Shown here: one piece after another, positions 19,578 to 28,816 of the stretch
Position numbering within the stretch: position 1 is the stretch's first letter
Layout: each line of letters begins with the position of its first letter
Sequence record: PZ445442.1
Length of the DNA stretch: 64,000 nucleotides
Direction: 5' to 3' (one strand)
Source: a phage
The notes under the pieces: model-generated
What the model saw: only the letters and a program-made list of their open reading frames with translations
Told to the model about the DNA's origin: nothing
Databases searched by the model: none
Made by a program: the position numbers and the translations under genes

Positions 19578-21059
19578 TTACTTAGCGTACTCGATTAATT
19601 CCACAGTTTTCCCAAAGCTCGGGATATAATTTTTATTATACCCCTCAGTGAGGACCCATAGAGTATCGTACTTTTTCCACTTGTTGTCAACAACCTTTTG
19701 TTCAAAGTTATGCTCAAAGTATAGGTCGGTCAGGACGATGACATCTTTTGCATTAGGTATGTTGGCATCCAGATACTCGAACACGCAAGCAGCTGTTGTG
19801 CCCCATGTTGAGTGGACCTCATAGTTGACCATCTCGTCTATGTTGCCGCGAGTGTATACTTTAACCTCTCCAACCTCAGTTGACCAACAGAACATTGTAA
19901 CCTTAAACTCTTTATACAGATTGCACAATCCGGTGATTTCATTGAACATTTTCTTTAAAGTTCTTTGAGAGATCGAGCCAGAAACGTCTAAAGCCACCAC
20001 AATATCTATAGTGTTTTCCGGATTACGACCAGGAACAATAACGTGCTGGTTCTTGTTTATAGTCCCAACTTTTCGCATTGTGCTGGTCAAAGACCCAGAT
20101 CGGCGACCAGGTTTTCTGTAGGTCAGTTCGGCCTTTCTTTTAGACAACATACGTTGCTTAATGATGTCTATATAGTTGATTACAGGCCTACCTCTGTTCT
20201 TGACAAACTCACGCACCGCCTCAGGGCAACGGCCTCCGGACGCTTGCATTGCTGCCTCCAGCATATCACCAGAGTCCTGCATGGCCTGATCTTTATCAGA
20301 TTGGCTGATTACAGGTTGTGGCTGATCATACCCCATAGCCTTTCCAAGATTATCACTGGTGCCACCGTTCCCACTCATGTGATCATCGGTTTGTCGCTTA
20401 TCACTTTGAGAGTTCTCACCTTTACCGTTCTTACTTTTACCGTTATTCTGATCTCTTTGCTTATCAAGAACTGCATAAACGTTCTCAGCAATCCATCCAT
20501 GAAACTTCATGTCGCAGTAGCAGCTGGCTAAGAAGCCAAAAGGCTTACCTTTCATGAACGTAGTGCTTTTCCCCTTCGGGAAGAAAACACAAGGAGGTTT
20601 GCTAAAGTCAACCACAAGGCCTGTGTTGATAACGTGATCACAAGCAATATTGAACAGTTCCGGCTCAAAGCTTTTACCACGGACTAGGTGATCACAGATA
20701 ATATGCCCCACCTCATGTGACAGAAGAAAGGCCACCTCTTTCACAGATTTTGGGGAATAGAAAACCTCAGCCATCTCAAACTGCTTGTCAGTCAGAGATG
20801 CTTTAAGAATGGTTTTACGCTCATCTGCCAACCCCATAATGAACTCAGGGCTGTAGTAGATGCGTTTATGGTCTGTTGCCATAGTGGAGCACCATGTGTG
20901 GTTTTCTACGAACTGCAACCCTGACAACAGTGTGCCATAAAACGGCAGCTTTTCAAGAAGGTACATGCGAGCGGCCTGCAGCATTCGCAAGGCATCATCT
21001 TTTTGTGCGGTAATGATTTCTGAACTTCTGCTATCCATTAAAACTCCAGAAGGGGCCAT
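19578..21059 (-). CDS. vWA-domain protein with HExxH metallopeptidase-like N-terminal domain
   Basis: 493 aa; HEVGHIICDH (HExxH) in N-terminal half and MIDAS-like VVALDVSGSIS (DxSxS) in C-terminal half; start may be the downstream Met (MDSRSS) because the first ATG lies within a GC hairpin. Confidence 0.6.
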   Translation of the reverse strand: MAPSGVLMDSRSSEIITAQKDDALRMLQAARMYLLEKLPFYGTLLSGLQFVENHTWCSTMATDHKRIYYSPEFIMGLADERKTILKASLTDKQFEMAEVFYSPKSVKEVAFLLSHEVGHIICDHLVRGKSFEPELFNIACDHVINTGLVVDFSKPPCVFFPKGKSTTFMKGKPFGFLASCYCDMKFHGWIAENVYAVLDKQRDQNNGKSKNGKGENSQSDKRQTDDHMSGNGGTSDNLGKAMGYDQPQPVISQSDKDQAMQDSGDMLEAAMQASGGRCPEAVREFVKNRGRPVINYIDIIKQRMLSKRKAELTYRKPGRRSGSLTSTMRKVGTINKNQHVIVPGRNPENTIDIVVALDVSGSISQRTLKKMFNEITGLCNLYKEFKVTMFCWSTEVGEVKVYTRGNIDEMVNYEVHSTWGTTAACVFEYLDANIPNAKDVIVLTDLYFEHNFEQKVVDNKWKKYDTLWVLTEGYNKNYIPSFGKTVELIEYAK

Positions 21060-21066
21060 TGGCCCC
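21046..21066 (-). terminator. GC stem-loop between tandem minus-strand genes
   Basis: GGGGCC-loop-GGCCCC hairpin immediately downstream of stop of 21072..22061. Confidence 0.4.
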
Positions 21067-21071
21067 TGTCA

Positions 21072-22061
21072 TTATTTAACGTGCTTGAAAATACCAGCCA
21101 CCTCGGTCATTGTCATGCGAGTGGTCTTCATAAGGTCTGTCATAGCCTTCTCCATGATTGGAGATACTACCATGAAGTTACCTTTGGTGAAACCTTTGTT
21201 CCAGTCGGTAACTAATAGGGGTTTAAGTCCGGCACCGAGACGTTCACCAGTTAAAGCACAACATTTTCGAATGTATGTGCTCTTAAACTGGCTGAATGAC
21301 AGATCAACTTTCATACCTGCATCGTAGAACGTCTGGCAATAGAAAGTGTAAGCTTTGGCAATCTCAACATCGTCAGGCAGTGCAGGAACCTCTTCTGTAA
21401 GCTCTTCTTCGACTCCTTGAGGCTCTTTTTCCTCTTCGTAAGCCTGTTGCGTCATCTCTTCAATCTCCTCTACTACAGGCTCGTTTACAATGTCAGAAAT
21501 GTGCTTGTTGGCTCCACGATTAGCCATGAAGTTTTTAAAATCCTGCATTGGTGACATATCTTCCTCCCATTCTTCGTCAAAGAGTGCTAGTTTATCCTCT
21601 TCCGTTCCATATTGCAAGATGAAATCTTCAAAAGTGTAATCACCTTTCAATTTCTCCATACGCTCTTCGCTCAGGTGGAGCATCATCTGCTGGACAATTT
21701 TTCGATCAGTTTTGTCTTTAATCAAGACTGCGGTCTTTTTATCTACCAGACAGTCCTTTAGAGAGTTGCATCTCAATCCCACCACACAACAGTTATCAAC
21801 CGCATAAGGACCTTCATCATCTATCCGCTCTAGAGATGGGTAGAAAGGATTTCCCAGTCCGTTTTCATCTGTGTGCATGTCGAAAGGTATAAGGGTATAG
21901 TCGCATACTCCCTCTCCTAAAAGTTTTTTACCAAATAGGAGATATTCTTCCCATGACAGGTTGAACTCTATATCTCGTTTCCGTGCATTATTCTGTTTGC
22001 GTCTGTATTTTTTGAGCAAGCGCTCTAACTCTTCTGGTGCATAATATTTTTCAAGATTCAT
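21072..22061 (-). CDS. hypothetical protein with HNH-like N-terminal motif
   Basis: N-terminal SLERIDDEGPY..DN..VV resembles the DRID..GY..N motif of the HNH ORF at 45972; start moved to Met23 because a TTGACA-17-TAAGAT promoter lies inside the track's longer ORF. Confidence 0.45.
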   Translation of the reverse strand: MNLEKYYAPEELERLLKKYRRKQNNARKRDIEFNLSWEEYLLFGKKLLGEGVCDYTLIPFDMHTDENGLGNPFYPSLERIDDEGPYAVDNCCVVGLRCNSLKDCLVDKKTAVLIKDKTDRKIVQQMMLHLSEERMEKLKGDYTFEDFILQYGTEEDKLALFDEEWEEDMSPMQDFKNFMANRGANKHISDIVNEPVVEEIEEMTQQAYEEEKEPQGVEEELTEEVPALPDDVEIAKAYTFYCQTFYDAGMKVDLSFSQFKSTYIRKCCALTGERLGAGLKPLLVTDWNKGFTKGNFMVVSPIMEKAMTDLMKTTRMTMTEVAGIFKHVK

Positions 22062-22092
22062 GAGTTGTCTCTTGTTCTCTGTGGGTGGAGAA

Positions 22093-22121
22093 ATCTTACC
22101 AAGCGCCTGGGGAGATGTCAA
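22093..22121 (-). promoter_or_regulatory. sigma70-like promoter for minus-strand accessory block
   Basis: On minus strand TTGACA-17nt-TAAGAT, upstream of ATG at 22061. Confidence 0.45.
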
Positions 22122-22134
22122 CCTCAAAAACGCG

Positions 22135-22163
22135 TTGACTTTACTTTAAATCTCCGATATAGT
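22135..22163 (+). promoter_or_regulatory. sigma70-like promoter for plus-strand gene block
   Basis: TTGACT-17nt-TATAGT about 40 nt upstream of the 22204 start; back-to-back with the minus promoter. Confidence 0.45.
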
Positions 22164-22203
22164 GCACCCATTCGAAAGAAAACTAACATAGGAGCACTTA
22201 TTC

Positions 22204-23103
22204 ATGGCAAATCTTAACAGTTTTAGCACCAGGTGGCAACAGGATATAACAACCAATCTTTCAGCTGGAGATATCCTTTCTGCAATTTACGAGGCTTTGG
22301 ATGATAAAGCTACTTCAAGATCGGTTTGTACTAATCCGCTAATTCCTATGGTGATGAAGGTAATTGAGCGGAGGTTGGTATCCGGGTCTGATAAGTGGAC
22401 ATACCTTGATAATGGAGGGCATACTTACTCCAACGGATACGTTGATATAAAAGTAGAATACGCAGTATCATACCGCCGGAGCGGTTCTGTAACTTTCAAC
22501 TTCTCTGGAGGTTTTCGATCTCTGGCTACTTCACCTTTTGTTTCCTCAGAGGAGAAGTATGAGCTGCCATTTCTTTGGATGATGGCTAACGCGACAGGAA
22601 AAACCCCCGTTAGCATCCGAGTAAAATACAACTACAACGGATCTAGTAAGATCTATGCCGAAAGTGTTTCAGCAAGTTTTTATTTTGTGATGGGGGATGG
22701 AATCCTCAAACATATAAAGATGTGCGATATGCATGATGTTATAAATGAAGTGACTGATAAGAATGTTCTAGTGAAAGACCTCAATAATTTTTATACACCT
22801 GGAGACTATTACGTCAACCGTCCACTGTGCATCTTTAATGCCGCACACCCTTTGGGTGAGTATTTGATCGCTAATAGCGATATTGCCAATAACCGCTTCG
22901 AGGTGGCAAGAGTACAGAATGAGGTATTGACATCTTGCAAGAGCGGTGATAAGTTTACCGAAGAAGAGATGGGTGTTTTAGAGATGATGGGATATAAGTG
23001 TAGCCTTTGGGTAGATGAGGTGTTTAATGACTGCATCTATGGACAGGATATTTACCCGTTAAAGAAGTATACTGATTCCAGTTTAATTTACGCGGAGATT
23101 TGA
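22204..23103 (+). CDS. hypothetical protein
   Basis: 299-aa ORF with RBS AGGAG upstream. Confidence 0.5.
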   Translation: MANLNSFSTRWQQDITTNLSAGDILSAIYEALDDKATSRSVCTNPLIPMVMKVIERRLVSGSDKWTYLDNGGHTYSNGYVDIKVEYAVSYRRSGSVTFNFSGGFRSLATSPFVSSEEKYELPFLWMMANATGKTPVSIRVKYNYNGSSKIYAESVSASFYFVMGDGILKHIKMCDMHDVINEVTDKNVLVKDLNNFYTPGDYYVNRPLCIFNAAHPLGEYLIANSDIANNRFEVARVQNEVLTSCKSGDKFTEEEMGVLEMMGYKCSLWVDEVFNDCIYGQDIYPLKKYTDSSLIYAEI

Positions 23104-23378
23104 CTATGATGAAGTCATGTGGTAGTGTATATTATGTTGGTGAGAATGTTCAGGCAGATAGTGTGTGGAAATCCATTAAGTCCACCACCGATGATGCCTT
23201 CTTGAGCGGGTTATGTTTCCCCAATCCAGGGGACATCCTCCCTCACCCTGGAGATTTTGTTGTTAACAAGATGGACGGTTATACCGTGTGCCTGATGGTT
23301 GAAAAAATCTTTTTAGACACTAGACACAATCACCGTCTTGTGTTAAAATTTCAAGAATGTAAAATGACAATTGCCTAA
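23100..23378 (+). CDS. hypothetical protein
   Basis: 92-aa ORF overlapping upstream stop. Confidence 0.4.
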   Translation: MTMMKSCGSVYYVGENVQADSVWKSIKSTTDDAFLSGLCFPNPGDILPHPGDFVVNKMDGYTVCLMVEKIFLDTRHNHRLVLKFQECKMTIA

Positions 23379-23748
23379 GGAGGCCTTACCGATGTCTAAA
23401 GCTACTTATCGTGCAGCTATTTACTGCAATGAACACCCCATCAATAATGATGGTCACTGCCTTTTTAAAGAAAATCAGTTGGGCTGTATTGTCCTACCTG
23501 ATGAAGGGAAAGGTTATCTGATTGCATTGACAGGGTTCGAGCCTGAAGCTTTGGAAGCCAATCTGGACTATCTGGTAGAAGAGGGTGCTGCAGACCTGGT
23601 TTCCAATGGCCTCGCCATAAGCCTTGACGAGGTGGAGCGCTTCATGGGCAATTACCGTGTAGTGCGTGAGTTTACTATCGAGGTGGAAACTCCAGAGTGG
23701 GGTAGCACTGAAACTAACGCCGAAGAAAAAGAAGAGGAGGCAGAATAA
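23371..23748 (+). CDS. hypothetical protein
   Basis: 125-aa ORF, RBS AAGGAGG. Confidence 0.45.
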   Translation: MPKEALPMSKATYRAAIYCNEHPINNDGHCLFKENQLGCIVLPDEGKGYLIALTGFEPEALEANLDYLVEEGAADLVSNGLAISLDEVERFMGNYRVVREFTIEVETPEWGSTETNAEEKEEEAE

Positions 23749-24005
23749 TGAAAGTGCAGATCTTGACTAATGCCGAGAAGATGTTTATTGAAGATACACC
23801 TTTTGAAGCTGGTGAGCTACAGTTCGTTTATTTTGTTGACTTAGATAAGGTGTTCCCTGCACTGAATCTGGGTCTGGATGAAGTCCCTCATAAAGTTTTG
23901 TGCCAAGTTGTTCGTGCCTTAGCGGCAGATGGGGATTTCCACACCCTTGAAGATATCCAGACCTACGGGTATCTTGAACTGCAACGAGAAGAAGAGGTGG
24001 ACTGA
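23748..24005 (+). CDS. hypothetical protein
   Basis: 85-aa ORF, ATGA-type overlap. Confidence 0.45.
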   Translation: MKVQILTNAEKMFIEDTPFEAGELQFVYFVDLDKVFPALNLGLDEVPHKVLCQVVRALAADGDFHTLEDIQTYGYLELQREEEVD

Positions 24006-24007
24006 TA

Positions 24008-24388
24008 ATGGCCCGGTGGAAGACAACAGTTGACCTTCATGATCAGTGGTTAGGACGCATCGCTGAAGACGGGAAACTAGTAGAGTGGGACAATAAGCAT
24101 GTTAGCGAGTTGGCAAGCATTGTGGCTGGCAAGTTACGCTCCAAGTTCCCTGAACAACTGGATCCTGATAATTCAAAGTTCGATCCTGAGTTGGAGGATG
24201 TTGTATACTACTTCGATACCGTGGATGACTACGATGCGTGGCTTGCAGCACGGGAGCTTTACCCACAAGGCTCTGCTATGCGCCAGATGGAAGAAGATTA
24301 TCCTCCGTGTGAGCAATTCAATAGCGCAATGACTTGCCTCTATGATTGGGCAGATAAGAACCTTGTCTGGATTCGGACTGCATTTTAG
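24008..24388 (+). CDS. hypothetical protein
   Basis: 126-aa ORF. Confidence 0.45.
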   Translation: MARWKTTVDLHDQWLGRIAEDGKLVEWDNKHVSELASIVAGKLRSKFPEQLDPDNSKFDPELEDVVYYFDTVDDYDAWLAARELYPQGSAMRQMEEDYPPCEQFNSAMTCLYDWADKNLVWIRTAF

Positions 24389-24432
24389 TGGGCAGGAATG
24401 GCGGCAAGGATGCCGCTTAAGGAGTAGTAGAG

Positions 24433-24702
24433 ATGTTATACCAGCAATATGAACTTCGTGCAGAAAAAGAGTTAAATTTTGACAAAGATATTCACAGATA
24501 TTATTATGGGAAAGTTAGAGGGCAAGCAAGAAAGTGTACTCCAACACTCTTTTATGCCAGCAGACGACTAGCGCCAGAAGAGGCAACAGCAGAAAGGGTT
24601 GCGTACAACTGGAGAGTCACGTATGATATTGACAGATTCGATGTGATATCTGTTTTGGAAAACTTTGAAAACACTTACACACAAGTAGAGGACTTTTACT
24701 AA
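24433..24702 (+). CDS. hypothetical protein
   Basis: 89-aa ORF, RBS AAGGAG. Confidence 0.45.
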   Translation: MLYQQYELRAEKELNFDKDIHRYYYGKVRGQARKCTPTLFYASRRLAPEEATAERVAYNWRVTYDIDRFDVISVLENFENTYTQVEDFY

Positions 24703-25886
24703 TGTCAAGAAACGTATTCGAAAGTGGTCAAATCACTGTCCGTGAGTTGCCAGCTATTATTCAGTTTGCCCAACGTCATAGCCGATCTGTCCTAATTTTG
24801 GGACCAATGGGTGTGGGTAAAAGCCAGGTGATGAAGCAGATCGCTGATAATATGTTCGGTGAGCGAGATGACAACCTTGTTGACGTGCGACTGTCAGATA
24901 AAGATCCTGCCGACTTATCTGGGCTACCTATCCCTGTAGAAGCGGATGGAACTACACGTACAGTGTTTGCAATTCCAGAATTTTGGCCTGCGGATCCTGA
25001 CTGGAGCGGAATTATCTTTCTGGATGAGCTCACTCATGCAGATAACTACCTGCAAAAGGTTGCAATGCAAATTATGCTTGACCACAAGTGCGGCACCTAT
25101 GCATTCCCTAAGGGTTCTGTTTTTGTGGCTGCGGGTAACCGTTCTACAGATGGTGCGGTTCTTTCGGCGCTCGAAGCCCCTCTGGCTAACCGTTTTATCA
25201 TTGTAGAGGTTACAAGCAATGCAGAGGTGTTTATTGAGGACTACGCATTCCTCAACGGGGTTCACTCCTCTGTAATTGGGTATCTGAAAAGAGTTCCATC
25301 AGCTATTGATAATTATGAGGCTATGGCTGAGATTAATTGTCCATCTTTTGCCACACCACGATCTTGGGTTGCTGCATCTGACATCTTGCACGATTTTGAC
25401 AGCGGTATTATTTCTGACGCTATGGCCCGTGTTCTTCTGCAAGGTGCTATTGGTCACACTGCAGCGGTAGAGATCTGGACATACCACACCAAGAAACGCA
25501 ATTTACCGGAAATCGGTCGGATTATGGCAGGTGGCTGCAAAGAATACGTAGGTCCTAAGCAGCCAGACATTTTGTGGATTCTTGGATCTGAAGGTTGTAT
25601 CGCTATTCGTAATATGATGGAAAATGCAAGTATCTCAGACGAAGATCTTGTCAGCTGTGTGGCAAACTTCCTCGATTTCCTTTGGGAAAACTTCAAGGAC
25701 GAGAACCGAGATTTTGTATTCTCAGTCTTTATGGCGATGATGAAACCTAATGCCTTAGGAAATGCCTTGCTTATCGGTAAAGGGCGTGACAAGATTGTTG
25801 CTCAGCTGATCAAAGCATACCCAAACCTGATGAAGATTGTAAAAGAGTTTGGTGAAGAGTTTAGCGCCATTTTGGCTAAAGCTTAA
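24702..25886 (+). CDS. MoxR-like AAA ATPase
   Basis: 394 aa; Walker A LILGPMGVGKSQ and Walker B IIFLDELTHAD. Confidence 0.6.
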   Translation: MSRNVFESGQITVRELPAIIQFAQRHSRSVLILGPMGVGKSQVMKQIADNMFGERDDNLVDVRLSDKDPADLSGLPIPVEADGTTRTVFAIPEFWPADPDWSGIIFLDELTHADNYLQKVAMQIMLDHKCGTYAFPKGSVFVAAGNRSTDGAVLSALEAPLANRFIIVEVTSNAEVFIEDYAFLNGVHSSVIGYLKRVPSAIDNYEAMAEINCPSFATPRSWVAASDILHDFDSGIISDAMARVLLQGAIGHTAAVEIWTYHTKKRNLPEIGRIMAGGCKEYVGPKQPDILWILGSEGCIAIRNMMENASISDEDLVSCVANFLDFLWENFKDENRDFVFSVFMAMMKPNALGNALLIGKGRDKIVAQLIKAYPNLMKIVKEFGEEFSAILAKA

Positions 25887-25896
25887 GGGGGGTTGT

Positions 25897-26277
25897 ATGG
25901 CTAAAGTAGGTAAGCGGGGAAACTACCTGGTGGTATTGACCGAGGAGCCGGAGAAGGAGTACGAATGCAGCTCCACTTGCGTGATCGATATCCGAGAAAA
26001 AGATGTAGATGAAATCTGGTTTAAAATATTGGACGCTTGCGATAGCAGTGATTATTTCTTCATTTATGTCAACGATAAGGCTGGATTCTTCCATGACGAC
26101 GGAGAGTTGCCGTATGAAATCTATGAACTTGTAGAGGCTTGCCATCGTGGAGATGCGGAGTTGTTTGGCCTACGGCTGAAAAGCGGTAAATTCTTCTATC
26201 AAGATGAGTGCATGAATCTTCATAACTTTGTAGAGGGAACTTGCAACGATGGAGAGATTTTGGCACACTACGATTAA
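25897..26277 (+). CDS. hypothetical protein
   Basis: 126 aa from ATG at 25897 (RBS AAGGGGGG); the track's longer ORF begins inside the previous gene. Confidence 0.45.
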   Translation: MAKVGKRGNYLVVLTEEPEKEYECSSTCVIDIREKDVDEIWFKILDACDSSDYFFIYVNDKAGFFHDDGELPYEIYELVEACHRGDAELFGLRLKSGKFFYQDECMNLHNFVEGTCNDGEILAHYD

Positions 26278-26288
26278 TTTCTAAGACC

Positions 26289-26317
26289 TCCCCCGCTTCG
26301 GCGGGGATTTTCTATTT
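26289..26317 (+). terminator. Rho-independent terminator
   Basis: CCCCGC-TTCG-GCGGGG stem-loop followed by ATTTTCTATTT. Confidence 0.6.
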
Positions 26318-26326
26318 GGAGTCATT

Positions 26327-26827
26327 GTGAAAATTAAGATCTTTGCTATTATTTTGAGCGCACTTTTATCGCTGCCTGTTGTTGCAGCACCAAAACAAAA
26401 AGTATATCATACTTGCAAGCCCTCAGATACTAAGGAAAACATTCTGGCATGCAATATCTACAGGGAGGCTAGAGGGGATGGCACGATGGGTATGCTGGCA
26501 TCAGGGTTTGCCACACTAAACAGGAAATCTCACCCCAAATACCCAGACACTATAAGAAAGATTGTCTACCAACCTAACCAGTTTTCGTGGACAAACCACG
26601 GCAAAACTTTTAAGGTGACAGAAAAAGATTCATGGGATCACGCTAAAAGTCTTGCAAAGATGCTTCTAAAGGTCTATAATAACAACCATGTTGCATACAT
26701 GGCTATGGACATAACAGGTGGAGCAACACACTACCATACAACCAAAGTACGACCGAAATGGGCAAAAAAGATGCAGAGGACAGCTCAATTCGGGAGTCAT
26801 ATCTACTACAAGGAGCGCAATAAATGA
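26327..26827 (+). CDS. secreted cell-wall hydrolase (SleB-like), candidate endolysin
   Basis: 166 aa; N-terminal signal peptide (ILSALLSLPVVAAP); CNIYREARGDG...ATLNR resembles the SleB/Hydrolase_2 family; GTG start. Confidence 0.55.
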   Translation: MKIKIFAIILSALLSLPVVAAPKQKVYHTCKPSDTKENILACNIYREARGDGTMGMLASGFATLNRKSHPKYPDTIRKIVYQPNQFSWTNHGKTFKVTEKDSWDHAKSLAKMLLKVYNNNHVAYMAMDITGGATHYHTTKVRPKWAKKMQRTAQFGSHIYYKERNK

Positions 26828-28806
26828 TTGTAAACAGTAATGAAACTAAAGCAGTACTAACCGGAAATATGGAGGTCACCAGGGGCTCAATTTCTCTGAA
26901 CAAAGAGACTTTTGGGCTAATCATTAAAGGGATTTACGAAGATAAGGTGCTGGCAAGCTGCCGTGAACCAATCTTCAATGCTGTGGACTCCCATGTTGAG
27001 TCTGGACGGGGTGATGTACCTATCATCATTCACTCTCCTACAGACCTTGAACCATACTTCTTTGTGCAGGACGTTGGATTGGGCATGTCAGAAGAGATGG
27101 TCCGCAACACTTTCATGAATCTCGGGGAGTCAACCAAGCGCAACAGCAACGCTCTGGTAGGTAATAAAGGTGTTGGTTCAAAGGCTCCGTTCAGTATGGT
27201 GGACACTTTCGATGTTATCAGTGTGCACAATGGTGTTGAAAGCACATATCTATTGTTCTTGGATCAGGGTATCCCAAACGTTACCAAGATCCGCGAGCGA
27301 AAGACTGAAGAGCACAACGGGGTAAAAGTTCAGTTCCATGTTAAGAAAGAGCATGTTCTGAAATATCGCACTGCTATTGCGTCATGCCTACGCTATGCAA
27401 AGTTTCCGTTTACCGTTACCGACCCTATGACCAGTAAGATGCTGGAAGGTGACAAGGTTGAGGCGCAGTATCGCTACGAGAAAGATGGTTGGAAAATGAC
27501 TATCCTGAAAGGTTATACCAGCTCTGATGAGAGCCGTGTGGTGATGGGACACCAACCTTACCGCTCTAAGTTTCTGGAAACATTGACAGACTACCCTGCA
27601 ATCTGTGTAGAGATCCCTATCGGGGATTGCAATATTAACCCTGGGCGCGAATGGACCATAGAGGGGCACGACGATGGTGGATTCCAGGATCGCCTGGAGG
27701 CCTTTGTCAAAGAAGGTATACGTCTTCGTGGGGCAGAAGTTGTTGCGGAATTGGAGACAGCAAAAACATCCTCAGAAGCACGTGAGATGATGAAGAACAG
27801 TGGAGTGTTCGGACACATCTTCGGCAAAAACTTTATGTGGAACCGTTGGGAAGAAACAGGGCTTGGCGACTTAGGCGATTGTGAAATTTTCGCTGGCGGC
27901 TTAAATAAAGGCCGCATAGGCTATGCTCGTTACGGAAAGTCGGAGTTCTTACGAGGTGTATACCTTGTATTTAACGACGGAGACGGCAAATATAACCGAA
28001 ATAAGTGTAACTACTTAAGCGAGATCACCGGACGCAACGTTTTCTATTGCCGTAACACGGATCTGATGGAAGAGTTTAAAGAAGCGGCACACCACCCGTT
28101 CTTTGCAGATACGGTCAAATTGTTATCAGAGCTCCCTCGCCGTCCTGTAAAGAAAGGTGAAACAAAAACTCACTATGAGCCAGGGTATTGGGTTAAAAAA
28201 CTTGAGAAAGATGGTTACTTCCGTCGTGAGCGTATTACTAAGGCAGAGTTCAAGAAGATTAAGCACTGCATTCCTTATGAGGGTGATATCCAACGTGGAA
28301 GTTGTTGGCTGGGACAGCTAAGTAACATCTACCAGCAAAATTATGACCGTGTGCGTGCGGCACTCAAGATTCCTGAAGGGGAAGATCTGTACCTGGTATC
28401 AGAATCTCGTCTGCTTTGGACTGATCCTGATTGCCAGTATGTTACAGAGAAAAATGTGGAACATTTGTTGAAAGAGGACGCCTGGAAATTCTTACTGACT
28501 CGCGCAGCAAATGAAACTTCATATGACAGCCTGTATAGACAATTAGGGAAAATTATCCCCATGCAAGATTTTGGAAATTATCGGCCACATTTCCACAAGT
28601 GGGAAGGTAACACCGCGTGGAAGCACAGTGAGCTAAATCATCGTGCCAAAATCTTAATCGCCAACCGAGTCAAGTGCGGGAAGGCCTATATTGCAAGATT
28701 GGAAAAGAAATATCCACTTTTGAAGCATGTGGGCTTGAAATATTGGGACACTCCTGCTATGATTGAATACCGTGAACTGATCGACGCAAAGAATAACACC
28801 AAATAA
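26824..28806 (+). CDS. GHKL-type ATPase (Bergerat fold) protein
   Basis: 660 aa; N-box EPIFNAVDS, G1 box VQDVGLGMS, G2 box GNKGVGSKAPF in the N-terminal 150 aa. Confidence 0.5.
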   Translation: MIVNSNETKAVLTGNMEVTRGSISLNKETFGLIIKGIYEDKVLASCREPIFNAVDSHVESGRGDVPIIIHSPTDLEPYFFVQDVGLGMSEEMVRNTFMNLGESTKRNSNALVGNKGVGSKAPFSMVDTFDVISVHNGVESTYLLFLDQGIPNVTKIRERKTEEHNGVKVQFHVKKEHVLKYRTAIASCLRYAKFPFTVTDPMTSKMLEGDKVEAQYRYEKDGWKMTILKGYTSSDESRVVMGHQPYRSKFLETLTDYPAICVEIPIGDCNINPGREWTIEGHDDGGFQDRLEAFVKEGIRLRGAEVVAELETAKTSSEAREMMKNSGVFGHIFGKNFMWNRWEETGLGDLGDCEIFAGGLNKGRIGYARYGKSEFLRGVYLVFNDGDGKYNRNKCNYLSEITGRNVFYCRNTDLMEEFKEAAHHPFFADTVKLLSELPRRPVKKGETKTHYEPGYWVKKLEKDGYFRRERITKAEFKKIKHCIPYEGDIQRGSCWLGQLSNIYQQNYDRVRAALKIPEGEDLYLVSESRLLWTDPDCQYVTEKNVEHLLKEDAWKFLLTRAANETSYDSLYRQLGKIIPMQDFGNYRPHFHKWEGNTAWKHSELNHRAKILIANRVKCGKAYIARLEKKYPLLKHVGLKYWDTPAMIEYRELIDAKNNTK

Positions 28807-28816
28807 GGAGACAGCT

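Noticed and set aside
22062-22127. N-terminal 22 codons of the track ORF 21072..22127
   Set aside because: This stretch contains a minus-strand TTGACA-17-TAAGAT promoter, so the start was moved to the Met at 22061.
26824-28806. GHKL protein as a type II topoisomerase ATPase subunit
   Set aside because: No Toprim motif downstream of the ATPase domain and no gyrase-A-like catalytic-tyrosine partner gene nearby; kept as a generic GHKL ATPase.
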